A DNA stretch of 64,000 nucleotides from Longimicrobiales bacterium (GTDB taxonomy: Bacteria > Gemmatimonadota > Gemmatimonadetes > Longimicrobiales > Gaopeijiaceae), in NCBI GenBank assembly GCA_965197725.1, contig CBDANQ010000061.1, forward strand, positions 160,001 through 224,000. The letters run 5' to 3'. The notes below the pieces were generated by a model, which saw only the letters and a program-made list of their open reading frames with translations, was not told the DNA's origin and ran no database searches. This document shows, one piece after another, positions 18,564 through 28,017 of this stretch (positions are counted from its first letter, which is position 1; each line of letters begins with the position of its first letter). A program made the position numbers and the translations under genes.

Positions 18564-21458
18564 TCAGAATTGCACCCGAAGGGATGCGTTGAACGACCAA
18601 ACCGGCGGCGGTGCGCTTATAGCCCCATTCCTGAAGCTTTCGGGATTGCTTCTCGTCTCGGGATCTCCGACCCGCCACTCGCTGTTAACCCAGGTAAACG
18701 CGTTGTTCAGCGATAGTGTCAGAACGGAGCTGTTGACCCGGTCCTGGAACGCAAAGTCAAGCGGCACCTGGAGGCTCAAGGTGCGCAGACGGAAGAAGTC
18801 CCCCTTTCTGGCCGTGTAGCTCTCTTGGATTAGGGACGGAGTGCAGAGTGATCGATAGAGAGCAGGCGTATCGGGCTTGAGATCGAGGGTGTTGTTGTTG
18901 GCCGCGGGGCCCGTGAAGCCCACCGCGGGCCCGTTGTACGGATTCACGTAGAAATCCCAACACAGGGGCATCCACGCGGAGCGGCCGACTCCACCCCGGG
19001 TGAAATTGCTCTCCAAGGTCGTGTGGCCACCCTTGAATTCTCCGCGAGCGGTCAGGAAGATCCCTCCCGGGAAGCGGAACGAGGTGGACGGCGACCAGTT
19101 AAGGGTGGGTTGAGTCGGACCGTAGATGTGGTTTTGCTCGACCACGGGAGTCGCAGCCTCTTCCGCATTGCTTATGAAACGTCCGCGCACTACGGGAGCG
19201 GGCTGACCCTCGATCACCCAGACGTCTCGCTCGACGGTGAACGCTGGCGCTCCGCCGAGGTCGATTACCTCGGAGTTGTTGGTGCTCAACAGGAAACCTA
19301 GGTCCCACCCCCAATCGGCCCCGCGAATCACGGCGTACGCAAGATCCACCTCGACGCCTGAGTTTTTGAGCTCACCCACGTTGGTGCGCTGCGCGGTTAT
19401 GAAGCCGCCAGAGGGCACTTGGCCGACGCTGAAGAGGGCGTCGGAGGTCGTCTGGCTGTAGTAGGTGAATCCGGTCTCAAGCCGGCCATCAATAAAGTCA
19501 CCATCGAACCCGAATTCGAACTCCGCCGTCACCTCCGGGCCAAGGTCGGGGTTGCCCAAGTTACCAGGGATGAGCGCTGGGGTTGGACCGAACCCCTGAG
19601 AGTTCCAGGTGCGTGTAGCGTCGAACGCTCCCGGAGCCCGGCCCGACTTGCCATACGCGGCGCGGAGCTTCACAGCTCCCCACGAATCCTGCCAGAAGTC
19701 CTCATCGGACATCACCCACGAGGCGCTCGCCTTCGGATACACTTGAAGTCCGAAGCCAGACCCGAAAGCGCTATTCCCATCCACTCTTGCTCCAAGTGTC
19801 ACGAAGTACTTGTCACGAATATCGAAGATATTCTGGAGGAAGAAGCCCGCGTTCCAGATCTTCGACCGATCTTCGTAAGAGAACCGCGTGGCGGACGAAC
19901 TGACGGTGGGACTAGCGGCCCCGGGGAAGCTCTCCCCATAACCGTTCAGGCGGAGTTCTTCCTCCCCGATCGCCTGACCGCCCCATGAGAAGTTCGACCG
20001 GATCTCGTCCGTCACCTCGAAGCCGAACGTCCCCACGTAGTCGATCGTCAGGAGCGAATTCGACCAGTTGTCATTGGAAATGCTGCCCGGACCGAACAGG
20101 ACGAAACCGAACGGCCGAATATTTCGCGTCTCCTGCTGTGAAAAGTCGTAGCCGACCGACAGGCGGTTGGTCAGGTTGGACAACGCCGAGTGCGTGACGG
20201 TCAACCCTGTAGTGAGCCGATCGATCGAGATCCTGAAGTCCGCGTCGAATAGCTGGGCGAGGACGTCCGGGTTTTCGGAGTTCAGATAGTTGGAGACCCC
20301 CCGGTATGCGTTGTGGGTAATTCCAGCCTCATTGCCGCCCGTGGGGGTGTTCCGCGTGGTCTGCCGGGCGAAGGCGGTGTTGAACTGCACCTGAAGATCT
20401 GATGTCGGCGAAAAGGTGAAGTTTCCTCGCGCGCTCAACTTCGTGATCGAGTCCGACGGCAGAATGCCAATCCCATCCTCGAAATTCCCAGAGACGAAGT
20501 ACTGGAGTGCTTGTCCCCCACCCCGGACCGATGCGCTGTACCCACCCACATAACCGTTTCTGAGGAAAGGGCCAAGCCGATGATACTTGAACGGTGAGCC
20601 CCTTCCCATTATCTGCGCCCGCGAAATGGCCTGCCGGGACTCGAGGCTCCAAACCGGCGCGCCCGTGGAGCCCCTCTTGGTGAAGATCTGGATTACTCCC
20701 GCCGATGCCTCCGTACCGTAGAGTGTCGTAGCCGCTGAGCCCTTGATGACCTCAATGCGCTCGACATCGTTGGGGTTGATGTTATTCAACGGGTTGGCCG
20801 TAACATATCCGCCCGACCCTGAACTCCCCTGCACTCGGGAACGCGATTGCGGAAAGGCCTTGCTCTGCATCCGCACGCCGTCGACATAGATGAGCGGCTG
20901 ATTGCTCATGGAGACAGTCGTGTTGCCCCTAAGGCGGATCTGGGCACCGTTTCCCAGTGAACCGCTCAGGCCGGCCACCTCCATCCCCGGCGTGGCACCA
21001 GTCAGCAAGTCGGTCAGAGTAGTGGGGCGCGTAGGCATGTCGGCGATCCGCAACTCCGAGATGGCGTTGCCGACCTCACGGCGGCGCGCAGCCCCCGCAG
21101 TCCCTGTCACCACGATCTCGTCCAACCCCAGCGCCTGGGCGCTGAGTTGGAAGTTCACCTCCAGCACCTGCCCAGCGGCCACCGTCACCTGCTGGGAGGC
21201 GGTTGCAAGTCCAATCCTCTCAGCTCGAATTTCGTACGTGCCAGGAGGCACCTGGAGGATAAGGTAACCGCCGTTTTGGCGACTCAGCCCACCGAGACCT
21301 TCCTCCACCAGATAGATCTGAGCCTCGCTGATAGGTGCTCCAGACTCGGTGGCAGTGACCCGACCGACGATCCGCGCGGTCTCTTGACCCTGAAGGGATG
21401 CCGGAACGCTCAATAAGGCAAGGCCGAAGAGCAGCCCCAATAGACGTCGAAAGCGCAT
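18564..21458 (-). CDS. SusC/RagA TonB-dependent transporter
   Basis: Signal peptide, carboxypeptidase-regulatory-like domain, LDEIVVTG, PLIYVDG, IEVIKGSAATTLYG plug, C-terminal Phe. Confidence 0.93.
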   Translation of the reverse strand: MRFRRLLGLLFGLALLSVPASLQGQETARIVGRVTATESGAPISEAQIYLVEEGLGGLSRQNGGYLILQVPPGTYEIRAERIGLATASQQVTVAAGQVLEVNFQLSAQALGLDEIVVTGTAGAARRREVGNAISELRIADMPTRPTTLTDLLTGATPGMEVAGLSGSLGNGAQIRLRGNTTVSMSNQPLIYVDGVRMQSKAFPQSRSRVQGSSGSGGYVTANPLNNINPNDVERIEVIKGSAATTLYGTEASAGVIQIFTKRGSTGAPVWSLESRQAISRAQIMGRGSPFKYHRLGPFLRNGYVGGYSASVRGGGQALQYFVSGNFEDGIGILPSDSITKLSARGNFTFSPTSDLQVQFNTAFARQTTRNTPTGGNEAGITHNAYRGVSNYLNSENPDVLAQLFDADFRISIDRLTTGLTVTHSALSNLTNRLSVGYDFSQQETRNIRPFGFVLFGPGSISNDNWSNSLLTIDYVGTFGFEVTDEIRSNFSWGGQAIGEEELRLNGYGESFPGAASPTVSSSATRFSYEDRSKIWNAGFFLQNIFDIRDKYFVTLGARVDGNSAFGSGFGLQVYPKASASWVMSDEDFWQDSWGAVKLRAAYGKSGRAPGAFDATRTWNSQGFGPTPALIPGNLGNPDLGPEVTAEFEFGFDGDFIDGRLETGFTYYSQTTSDALFSVGQVPSGGFITAQRTNVGELKNSGVEVDLAYAVIRGADWGWDLGFLLSTNNSEVIDLGGAPAFTVERDVWVIEGQPAPVVRGRFISNAEEAATPVVEQNHIYGPTQPTLNWSPSTSFRFPGGIFLTARGEFKGGHTTLESNFTRGGVGRSAWMPLCWDFYVNPYNGPAVGFTGPAANNNTLDLKPDTPALYRSLCTPSLIQESYTARKGDFFRLRTLSLQVPLDFAFQDRVNSSVLTLSLNNAFTWVNSEWRVGDPETRSNPESFRNGAISAPPPVWSFNASLRVQF

Positions 21459-21583
21459 GGAACTTGTGCTCGACCGAGGAACTACGATGTCTGATTTCAA
21501 GGGGTCCTCCTTAGCAGGGAGGTCAGTGAGAATAACTGACCCAGAATTGTGTTCCCGGCGGCCGGCCGGCTCAGGCCTCGGGA

Positions 21584-22236
21584 TCAACATGAGACGCAAT
21601 TGTGACTGTTGGTCGCGCCCAGACTCACGAGAAGGCTGATGGTCTCAGGGAAAGGTTCGATTCGCTGCGTCGGGCCATTGGCCATATCCGCAGTGGTCTG
21701 ACCCTTGCGGTTCAGTGCAAATACATCAGCGCCCTTCTCGACCAGATAAAGAATCAGCTCATTGTCTCCACGGGACGCCGCATTGTGAAGCGGCGTGTCA
21801 CCGCGGGAATCCCGCGCGTTGACGTCGGCGCCCAGCTCCCCGACGAGGTAGCGCACGGCCTGCAACCACCCGCCGGGGTGGTGTCGGTGAACATTTCCCA
21901 CCAATCCGTAGCCATGTCCGCTGCCCGAGGCGGCGTGTATCGGATATATGCCTGGACCACCCACTGGAACTGGCGGGATCCCCGACGCATCCGGCGGGTC
22001 ATCCGGACTGGGAGCGGGGACGGGGGACCTCTCCCACCACGCCGCCCTCGGCGCCTTCCCTCGGTCTTGACGGTAGGGATATTGGGATCGGCGCCGTAGC
22101 GAACGAGCAGCTTCATCGCCTCAACGTCAGTGCCATGAGCAGCTCGCAGGAACAGCGTCGCTCCGACCCAATCAACGCCCAACTGACCGCTCCCGAGCTC
22201 CATGTACCAGACGTTGTAGTTCAGGCGGGCGTTCAC
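21584..22236 (-). pseudogene. Ankyrin-repeat protein, C-terminal remnant (frameshifted)
   Basis: GAT.FLRAA...GADPN and GADVNARD.RGDTPLHNAA.RG; ends NCVSC; split over two frames. Confidence 0.8.
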
Positions 22237-22669
22237 GCTGGAAGGTGCGACTACCCGGATTCGGGTCGGCGGCCGCCGCCTCGTCGATCGTCCGCTCCAG
22301 CGTCTCCACCAGGGTCTGCAGCGTGTCCCCACCAGGTCACCGCCTGCCCGGCGGGGAGGCATCATGCCTGCGCGGAGCTTCGTGATGATTTTCTCGGCCA
22401 ACTCCGCTCGGTCCGCGGCCCCCTGACACCTCAAAACTCTCGAGGGACATGTTCCCCCTCAACCGCCGGTCGTTGTGGCAGGACTGGCAGTACCTCTCGA
22501 CCACGTCGCCCAGATCTTCGGACAGGGTACGGTGCGAAGCCGAGGGTTCCAGGGAGGCGCGATGGACCGAGCGGTCGGCCATCACAGGAGGGAGGCGTGG
22601 AGAGTTCGGTGGGTCGCCCCTCAGCGCGAGGAACAGGCCACCCAAGAGCACGCCGGTGACAACCCTCAT
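22237..22669 (-). pseudogene. Planctomycete-type cytochrome c (DUF1592-cluster) N-terminal remnant
   Basis: YCQSCH heme motif, EKIITKLRAGMMPP, PNPGSRTFQR then truncated; frameshifts. Confidence 0.75.
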
Positions 22670-22797
22670 AAACCTACCTCTGTCAGACGTGCCCGCCCCG
22701 GCGGTCGGAGTGACCAAGCATGCTCTGGCGAACGAGCGCACTCTAATCTGCGACGAAGCTCGGATGACGCCCCGAACCATTGTACGACCGCACGCAG

Positions 22798-22841
22798 CAT
22801 TTACACAAGGGACTACAGACATTTACACAAGGGACTACAGA
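22798..22841 (+). repeat. Exact 22-bp tandem duplication
   Basis: CATTTACACAAGGGACTACAGA x2. Confidence 0.95.
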
Positions 22842-22851
22842 GAGGCGGATT

Positions 22852-23178
22852 ATGGCTTCGGGTCACTTCCGTCGGTACGCCAACGAGGACGCCGAACAGA
22901 AGCGCGGCGACATCAACGCACTACATCAGCGCTTCCGCGAGCAAGAGGTCGCGATCTTCGAGAAGCACGGCGCCGAGGTCATCGCGGTGTGGCAGCGTCT
23001 CGACGACCCCAACACGCTGGTCTGGATGCTGGCGTATCGCGACCGTGCCCATCGTGACGAGGTCTGGGCCGGGTTCGCGGCCGACCCGGACTGGACCGCG
23101 CTACGGCAGAAGTACGACGTGTCGCTCTCGATCGAGGCGTACTGGATGAGCTCCACCAACTACTCGAACCTGAGGTAG
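22852..23178 (+). CDS. NIPSNAP-family protein (N-terminus possibly replaced)
   Basis: ALHQRFR...FEKHG..W...LVWMLAY...W..F.ADPDW...TNYS. Confidence 0.75.
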   Translation: MASGHFRRYANEDAEQKRGDINALHQRFREQEVAIFEKHGAEVIAVWQRLDDPNTLVWMLAYRDRAHRDEVWAGFAADPDWTALRQKYDVSLSIEAYWMSSTNYSNLR

Positions 23179-23560
23179 CCGTCCGGGCTTCGCGTCTTGT
23201 TTGAAGGCGTGGTGATCGTCGGCGGTAGGTGCCGGGCGGGATTGAGGCGTGGTTGGACGGGTTGATGCCTCGCACTACCTAACAGGGCTGCCACTTAGTT
23301 CGTATAAGCTGCGCATATATCTCTGCTGAAATCTGCTCACTGGCTGGGCGGAAGCGTGTACGGGGGTGAGCGGTAGGCGGCCCTCACCAAGGGGGGGTGC
23401 CCCCCACTGGGGTCGCGACTTCGGTGATTTTCGACCCGAACAGCGTTCCAGTCCGATGCGTGGCAGCTACGCGACGGCGGACCTCCGAACTAGGACCGAA
23501 AGTCGCTCTCATCCGGTCCTGCTGTAGACCATTTGTAGACTAGAGCCCATCTACAGAAAC

Positions 23561-23586
23561 GGCACAAGGCCGTAAAGCCTTGTGCC
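23561..23586 (-). terminator. Terminator 3' of tRNA-Pro
   Basis: Perfect 10-bp stem GGCACAAGGC/GCCTTGTGCC followed by GTTTCTGT on the minus strand. Confidence 0.7.
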
Positions 23587-23592
23587 ACCTAG

Positions 23593-23666
23593 TCGGGGCG
23601 CCCGGATTCGAACCGGGGACCCCCTGCTCCCAAAGCAGGTGCGCTACCGGACTGCGCCACGCCCCG
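23593..23666 (-). tRNA. tRNA-Pro(TGG), CCA not encoded
   Basis: CGGGGCG acceptor, CCTGC-TTTGGGA-GCAGG anticodon arm, GGTTCGAATCC T-arm. Confidence 0.97.
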
Positions 23667-23851
23667 TAAGTTGTTTTACTGCAAATGGTTATAGCGTATC
23701 CCTGAAGTCGCCAATTCTGAAAACTGTGCCAGGTCCGGCTGCCCCGCCACCCCCACCCCCGCCAAGAGTCCCACGAGAGCCGCGAGGTAGACCGTGGCGA
23801 AGGCAAATCCATGCGCGTCACGACGCGGGCGGGCAAGAATCGGCTCCATGA

Positions 23852-23886
23852 TTGACAAACGGGTGTCGCATGTGACATCTATTAGT
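23852..23886 (+). promoter_or_regulatory. Possible pilin promoter/operator
   Basis: Perfect TTGACA at 23852 and imperfect palindrome TGTCGCATGTGACA at 23864-23877; no well-spaced -10. Confidence 0.3.
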
Positions 23887-23929
23887 GTCCTGATGAAGTC
23901 AGTCCCCCTCCCCTTAGAGCTTTGGCACT

Positions 23930-24325
23930 ATGCGGGAAAACAACGGCTTTACCCTCATTGAGCTTCTGATCGTAGTCGTGATCATCGGAATTCTGGCGGC
24001 CCTCGCCATTCCGAAGTTTTCCTCGGTTCGTGAGAAGGCGTACTACTCCACGATGAAGGCTGATCTCAAGAATCTGGCTAGCCAGCAGGAGATCTACCAA
24101 CATACCGCGTACTCGTACACAACCGTCAGTGCGGACCTCAAGTACGACCTTTCCGACGGTATCATCATGGGCTCGGCAGCCACGACTTCCGGCTGGTCGG
24201 CGAGCGTCAGCCACGCCGCGTTGGGCACCAGCGAAGGTTGCGTCGTCTTCTACGGCACTGCGGCTACCCCGACCGTTGGCTCGACCAGCGCGACGAATCC
24301 GGGTGAGGTAGCCTGCACGCGGTGA
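23930..24325 (+). CDS. Type IV pilin
   Basis: G|FTLIELLIVVVIIGILAALAIP prepilin motif; C-terminal Cys pair. Confidence 0.93.
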   Translation: MRENNGFTLIELLIVVVIIGILAALAIPKFSSVREKAYYSTMKADLKNLASQQEIYQHTAYSYTTVSADLKYDLSDGIIMGSAATTSGWSASVSHAALGTSEGCVVFYGTAATPTVGSTSATNPGEVACTR

Positions 24326-24358
24326 TTCGCTGACGCAGGCCAGCTTGCAAGGCCTGCC

Positions 24359-24694
24359 TCAGCCCCCTCCCTCCCCTTCCCGTTCAGCGTCCGACATCTC
24401 GCGCAGGTACTCGAACGCATAGATCCCCGTCGAGTGCCCGTCACTCCACACGAACTGCAACGCGTACTGTCCTACGTAGTGGATCGCCGTCGGGTACACG
24501 GAGTCGTCCACCTGCTCGGTCGACAGCGTCCGCACCCCGGTCATCTCGTCGACGCAGCCGGCGCACGGACAGAGCAACCGTAGGTGCCGAGGGACGTACT
24601 CGGAGGCCGCTCCGTCCTTCCAGACGATACGCAGTCGAGCTTCGTCTGCGGTCGGGCCGATCTCGAGCGGTACGATCTTGTCCGCTGGGCTCAC
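24359..24694 (-). CDS. DUF971 / GBBH-like N-terminal domain protein
   Basis: LR..CPCAGC, VGQYA...WSDGHSTGIY. Confidence 0.88.
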   Translation of the reverse strand: MSPADKIVPLEIGPTADEARLRIVWKDGAASEYVPRHLRLLCPCAGCVDEMTGVRTLSTEQVDDSVYPTAIHYVGQYALQFVWSDGHSTGIYAFEYLREMSDAEREGEGGG

Positions 24695-25317
24695 TGAATC
24701 CCTCTCGCGATCAACTCGTCCGCCAACGCCCGGAAGGCTTTCCCACGGTGACTACACTCGTTCTTGTGCGCGATATCGAGCTCTGCGAACGTCTTTCCGA
24801 TCTGGGGATCGAAGAAGTACGGATCGTAACCGAACCCTCCTCGGCCCCGTGGCTGGCCAAGGATCAGCCCCTCGGCCTCGCCGCGAACGACGAGGGGGGC
24901 TGCGGTGGCCCCGACGAGCACGGCCGCGCACACGTAACGGCCAGTTCGGGCGGCGAGGTCGAGATCGCCTAGCTGCGCCATGAGGTGGTCGTTGTTGGCC
25001 TGGTCGAGCTCCTTGCCGTTCAGGCCGCGGTCGGGCGCGAAGCGCTTGGAGCGCACCCCCGGCGCGCCGCCCAACGCGTCGACCGCGAGGCCCGAGTCGT
25101 CCGCGACCGTCGGCATGCCCGACTTGGCGTGGAAGTACTCCGCCTTCGAGCGCGCATTTTCTTCGAAGGTCTCGTACGGCTCGAGCTCTTCTTCGGCTGG
25201 ATCCTTGGTGACGCCCGCGCTGTCCAGATCGATCAGGCGCAGTCCGGGGACGGCCCCAAGGATGCGCCGGATCTCTACCATTTTGTCGACGCTTCGTGTT
25301 GCGACCAGAAGCTCCAC
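24691..25317 (-). CDS. rdgB: Non-canonical purine NTP pyrophosphatase
   Basis: ADDSGL.VDAL.GAPGV, GFGYDP, SHRGKA. Confidence 0.93.
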   Translation of the reverse strand: MELLVATRSVDKMVEIRRILGAVPGLRLIDLDSAGVTKDPAEEELEPYETFEENARSKAEYFHAKSGMPTVADDSGLAVDALGGAPGVRSKRFAPDRGLNGKELDQANNDHLMAQLGDLDLAARTGRYVCAAVLVGATAAPLVVRGEAEGLILGQPRGRGGFGYDPYFFDPQIGKTFAELDIAHKNECSHRGKAFRALADELIARGIQ

Positions 25318-26037
25318 TCAGCCGCCTTGCAGCGCCCGGGCCTGGGCGGCGAAGAGCGTCTCGAGGCCCGACATCGCGATGTCCATCAGCGCATCGAGGT
25401 CACTGCGCGGGAAGGGGTCACCCTCGGCGGTACCCTGGAGCTCCACCAGTCCTCCGCTCTGAGTGCCCACCACATTCATGTCGACCTGCGCGCCCGAATC
25501 CTCCGGATAGTCGAGGTCGAGATACACTTCTCCGCCGACGATGCCGACGCTCACCGCGGCCACACGCTCTCGCAGCGGATTCCGGTCGACGAGCCCTTCG
25601 CTCAACATCCATCCGCCGGCCAACGAGAGCGCTACGCAGGCGCCGGTGATCGAGGCGGTTCGCGTCCCGCCGTCCGCTTGCAACACGTCGCAGTCGACGG
25701 TGACGGTATGGTGGCCGATCGCCTTCATGTCCGTCACGGATCGCAGCGAGCGCCCGATCAGGCGCTGGATCTCCTGCGTGCGACCCTTCGGTCCGGTCCG
25801 TTCACGACGCGTCCGTGTGTGCGTTGCGCGGGGCAACATCGCGTACTCGGCGGTCAGCCATCCGGCACCGCTGCCCTCGCGCCACCGGGGCACGCCCTCG
25901 ACGACGGAGGCTGTACAGAGGACGCGCGTGGCCCCGGTAGCGATGATGCACGACCCCTCCGCGTACCGTGAGACACCAGTCTCGATGGTGATCGGGCGGT
26001 TCTGGTCCAGCCGCCGATCACCGGTCCTCATCCTCAC
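25318..26037 (-). CDS. rph: Ribonuclease PH
   Basis: [33 protein letters not shown]. Confidence 0.97.
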   Translation of the reverse strand: MRMRTGDRRLDQNRPITIETGVSRYAEGSCIIATGATRVLCTASVVEGVPRWREGSGAGWLTAEYAMLPRATHTRTRRERTGPKGRTQEIQRLIGRSLRSVTDMKAIGHHTVTVDCDVLQADGGTRTASITGACVALSLAGGWMLSEGLVDRNPLRERVAAVSVGIVGGEVYLDLDYPEDSGAQVDMNVVGTQSGGLVELQGTAEGDPFPRSDLDALMDIAMSGLETLFAAQARALQGG

Positions 26038-26539
26038 GACGAGCCTCCTCGGATTCGGTTCACCAACTCGGTGGTCGAGTACCCTTCCACGAACGGGATC
26101 AGCTCGACCCGCCCCCCGCGGCTTCCACCTCGTCGCGACCGACCACCGCTTCGAGCGCGTAGTCGCCGCCCTTCACGAGCACGTCGGGGAGCAGCTCGGC
26201 GATGAGCTCGCGCGGTGTGTCCTCGTCAAACAGGCACACGGCGTCGACCGAGTCGAGCGCGGCGACCACGACGGCCCGGTCTCGCTCGCCCACGAGCGGC
26301 CGATCGTCACTCTTGGCCAAGCCGCGCTCCGACTTGCCTAGTCGGCGCGCCGAGTCGTCGGTGTTCACGGCGACGACGAGATGCCCCCCCAACCTCCGCG
26401 CGGCGGCCAGATAGGTCACGTGACCCGGATGCAACAGCTCGAAGCACCCGTTCGTGAACACGAGCGGCTCGTCGCGAGGTCGCCCGTAGCGGGCGATCAA
26501 CTCCGCGCGTGAGAGCACGTTTACCCAGCTCGGAGGCAT
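26034..26539 (-). CDS. rfaE2: D-glycero-beta-D-manno-heptose 1-phosphate adenylyltransferase (1-nt frameshift near 3' end)
   Basis: [23 protein letters not shown]; restoring one G at 26112-26117 gives [14 protein letters not shown] and a GTGA overlap with rph. Confidence 0.88.
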
Positions 26540-26541
26540 GG

Positions 26542-26688
26542 TCAGAGATAGAAGAGCAAGTACGCCACGAGCAGTATGGCCACCCACAGCACTATGCTGC
26601 CAGTCGGCCAGCTACGCGCGAGCGGTCCGACGGGACCGTGAGCTTTAGCTGCCACGTGCAGGACTGTTGGCGGACCCTTATCCGGCAA
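26542..26688 (-). CDS. Small single-pass membrane protein (48 aa; not in the ORF track)
   Basis: TTG start (or GTG at 26655): ...WPTGSIVLWVAILLVAYLLFYL*; fills the lptE-rfaE2 gap. Confidence 0.55.
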   Translation of the reverse strand: MPDKGPPTVLHVAAKAHGPVGPLARSWPTGSIVLWVAILLVAYLLFYL

Positions 26689-26703
26689 AAACGACGGCCG
26701 AAT

Positions 26704-27219
26704 CTACCAATTAGACTGAGCGCCGTCCACGATCTTTTGGACCAGCAGCTCGATGGCCTCCAGGCGCCCCACGTCCTCGGTCTCCGAAGCCTCCAGAAAC
26801 TCGCCTTGGGCGACCAGAGCGCGGGACTCCCAGAGGATCACGTTCTCCACCAGATCAACGATTTCGACCGATACGCCGATCGCCACCTGGCGCTGGAGAA
26901 CCTGCGCGGCCTGCCCCTGCTGAGCGGCCCGATAGTTGGGCGCGATGACGTCGTAGCGCACGATCGAGCCACGCACGAGGGCATCCGCCACTTCCTCGCC
27001 CGCGGTTCTGATACCCAGCGCCCGCGGCAAGTTACGCAGCAGGTGGTCGTACAGCTCGCCCGCGATCTCGAACCGATTCGTTTCATTGTCGAACGGCTGC
27101 ACAGCGATGGTGCTGATATGGTCCGGCGGAAACGTGCCTGCGCGAAACGAGTAGTGGCACCCGGATATGATCAAAGCCAGCAAGGCGCCCTGCCACCAAG
27201 TAAACCGCCGCGTGGTCAT
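26704..27219 (-). CDS. lptE: LPS assembly lipoprotein LptE
   Basis: Lipobox ISGC.YSF, P.HISTIAV.PF.N.T. Confidence 0.8.
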   Translation of the reverse strand: MTTRRFTWWQGALLALIISGCHYSFRAGTFPPDHISTIAVQPFDNETNRFEIAGELYDHLLRNLPRALGIRTAGEEVADALVRGSIVRYDVIAPNYRAAQQGQAAQVLQRQVAIGVSVEIVDLVENVILWESRALVAQGEFLEASETEDVGRLEAIELLVQKIVDGAQSNW

Positions 27220-27224
27220 GAGCC

Positions 27225-27929
27225 TTACCGCCCCCGCTCGTTAGTGGGGTCCCAGATGTCCGGTGGGTACGATTCCACGCGGTCGAGTCGATCGCGCGTG
27301 ATCTTGAGCTCGCGGAACGACGTCAAGTTACGGTACGTCGCATGGGCAGGGTATCTGCTGTCGGCGTTCAGTTCGACCTCCACCCACTGCACTACGTGAC
27401 CGCTGTCGAGCAACTCGAGCCTCCTGAGCGACCCGCCTTCGATGCGGTAGTGCAGCTCTTGGCCGTCCTCATAGCGGTAGCGCAGCCGGAGCACATCCTC
27501 CTCGAGCTCGTCTCCGCCGAGCAACTCCGCCCCGTAGTCGGGTCGGAAGACACCCAGCGTCCCCCAGAAGAGGTCGGGCGGCGGAAGGATGTGGCGCGGT
27601 GACCCCGGCGGCAATATCATGGTGCCGCCCAACAGCGCGGCCTTGAGGACCGGCTCCCCGTTGCCGAGGAAGAGGTCGACGCGTGCCCTGTAGGGCGGCT
27701 CGATGCGAGCCACCCCCCGCCCCTTCACCCTGATACCGGCCTCGTTCAGCTCCCAGTCGAAGACGATGCGGATGGGGCCTGCCACTCTCGTGTGATCTTC
27801 GAGCCTCAGCGCGGTCTGCTCCGCGTTGACAGCGGGTGCGACGATCACGACTTGCCGGGCCGCGCACGACGATACCACGAGCGGTACCGGCGTGACGGTC
27901 AGGAGCACGCGCAGGGTTCTGTAGGACAT
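27225..27929 (-). CDS. Hypothetical lipoprotein (LolB/DUF4292-like)
   Basis: Lipobox VSSC; beta-rich sequence. Confidence 0.5.
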   Translation of the reverse strand: MSYRTLRVLLTVTPVPLVVSSCAARQVVIVAPAVNAEQTALRLEDHTRVAGPIRIVFDWELNEAGIRVKGRGVARIEPPYRARVDLFLGNGEPVLKAALLGGTMILPPGSPRHILPPPDLFWGTLGVFRPDYGAELLGGDELEEDVLRLRYRYEDGQELHYRIEGGSLRRLELLDSGHVVQWVEVELNADSRYPAHATYRNLTSFRELKITRDRLDRVESYPPDIWDPTNERGR

Positions 27930-28017
27930 CGCGGAGAGCGGCATGAGCAAAGCTAGTTGGGCTCAGATGCGTGTCCTACCCCTTCCAGTCGCGCCCTGTT
28001 CGGGAGTAGTTTCGCAG

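Noticed and set aside
22798..22841. CRISPR array
   Set aside because: Only two adjacent copies, no spacers and no cas genes
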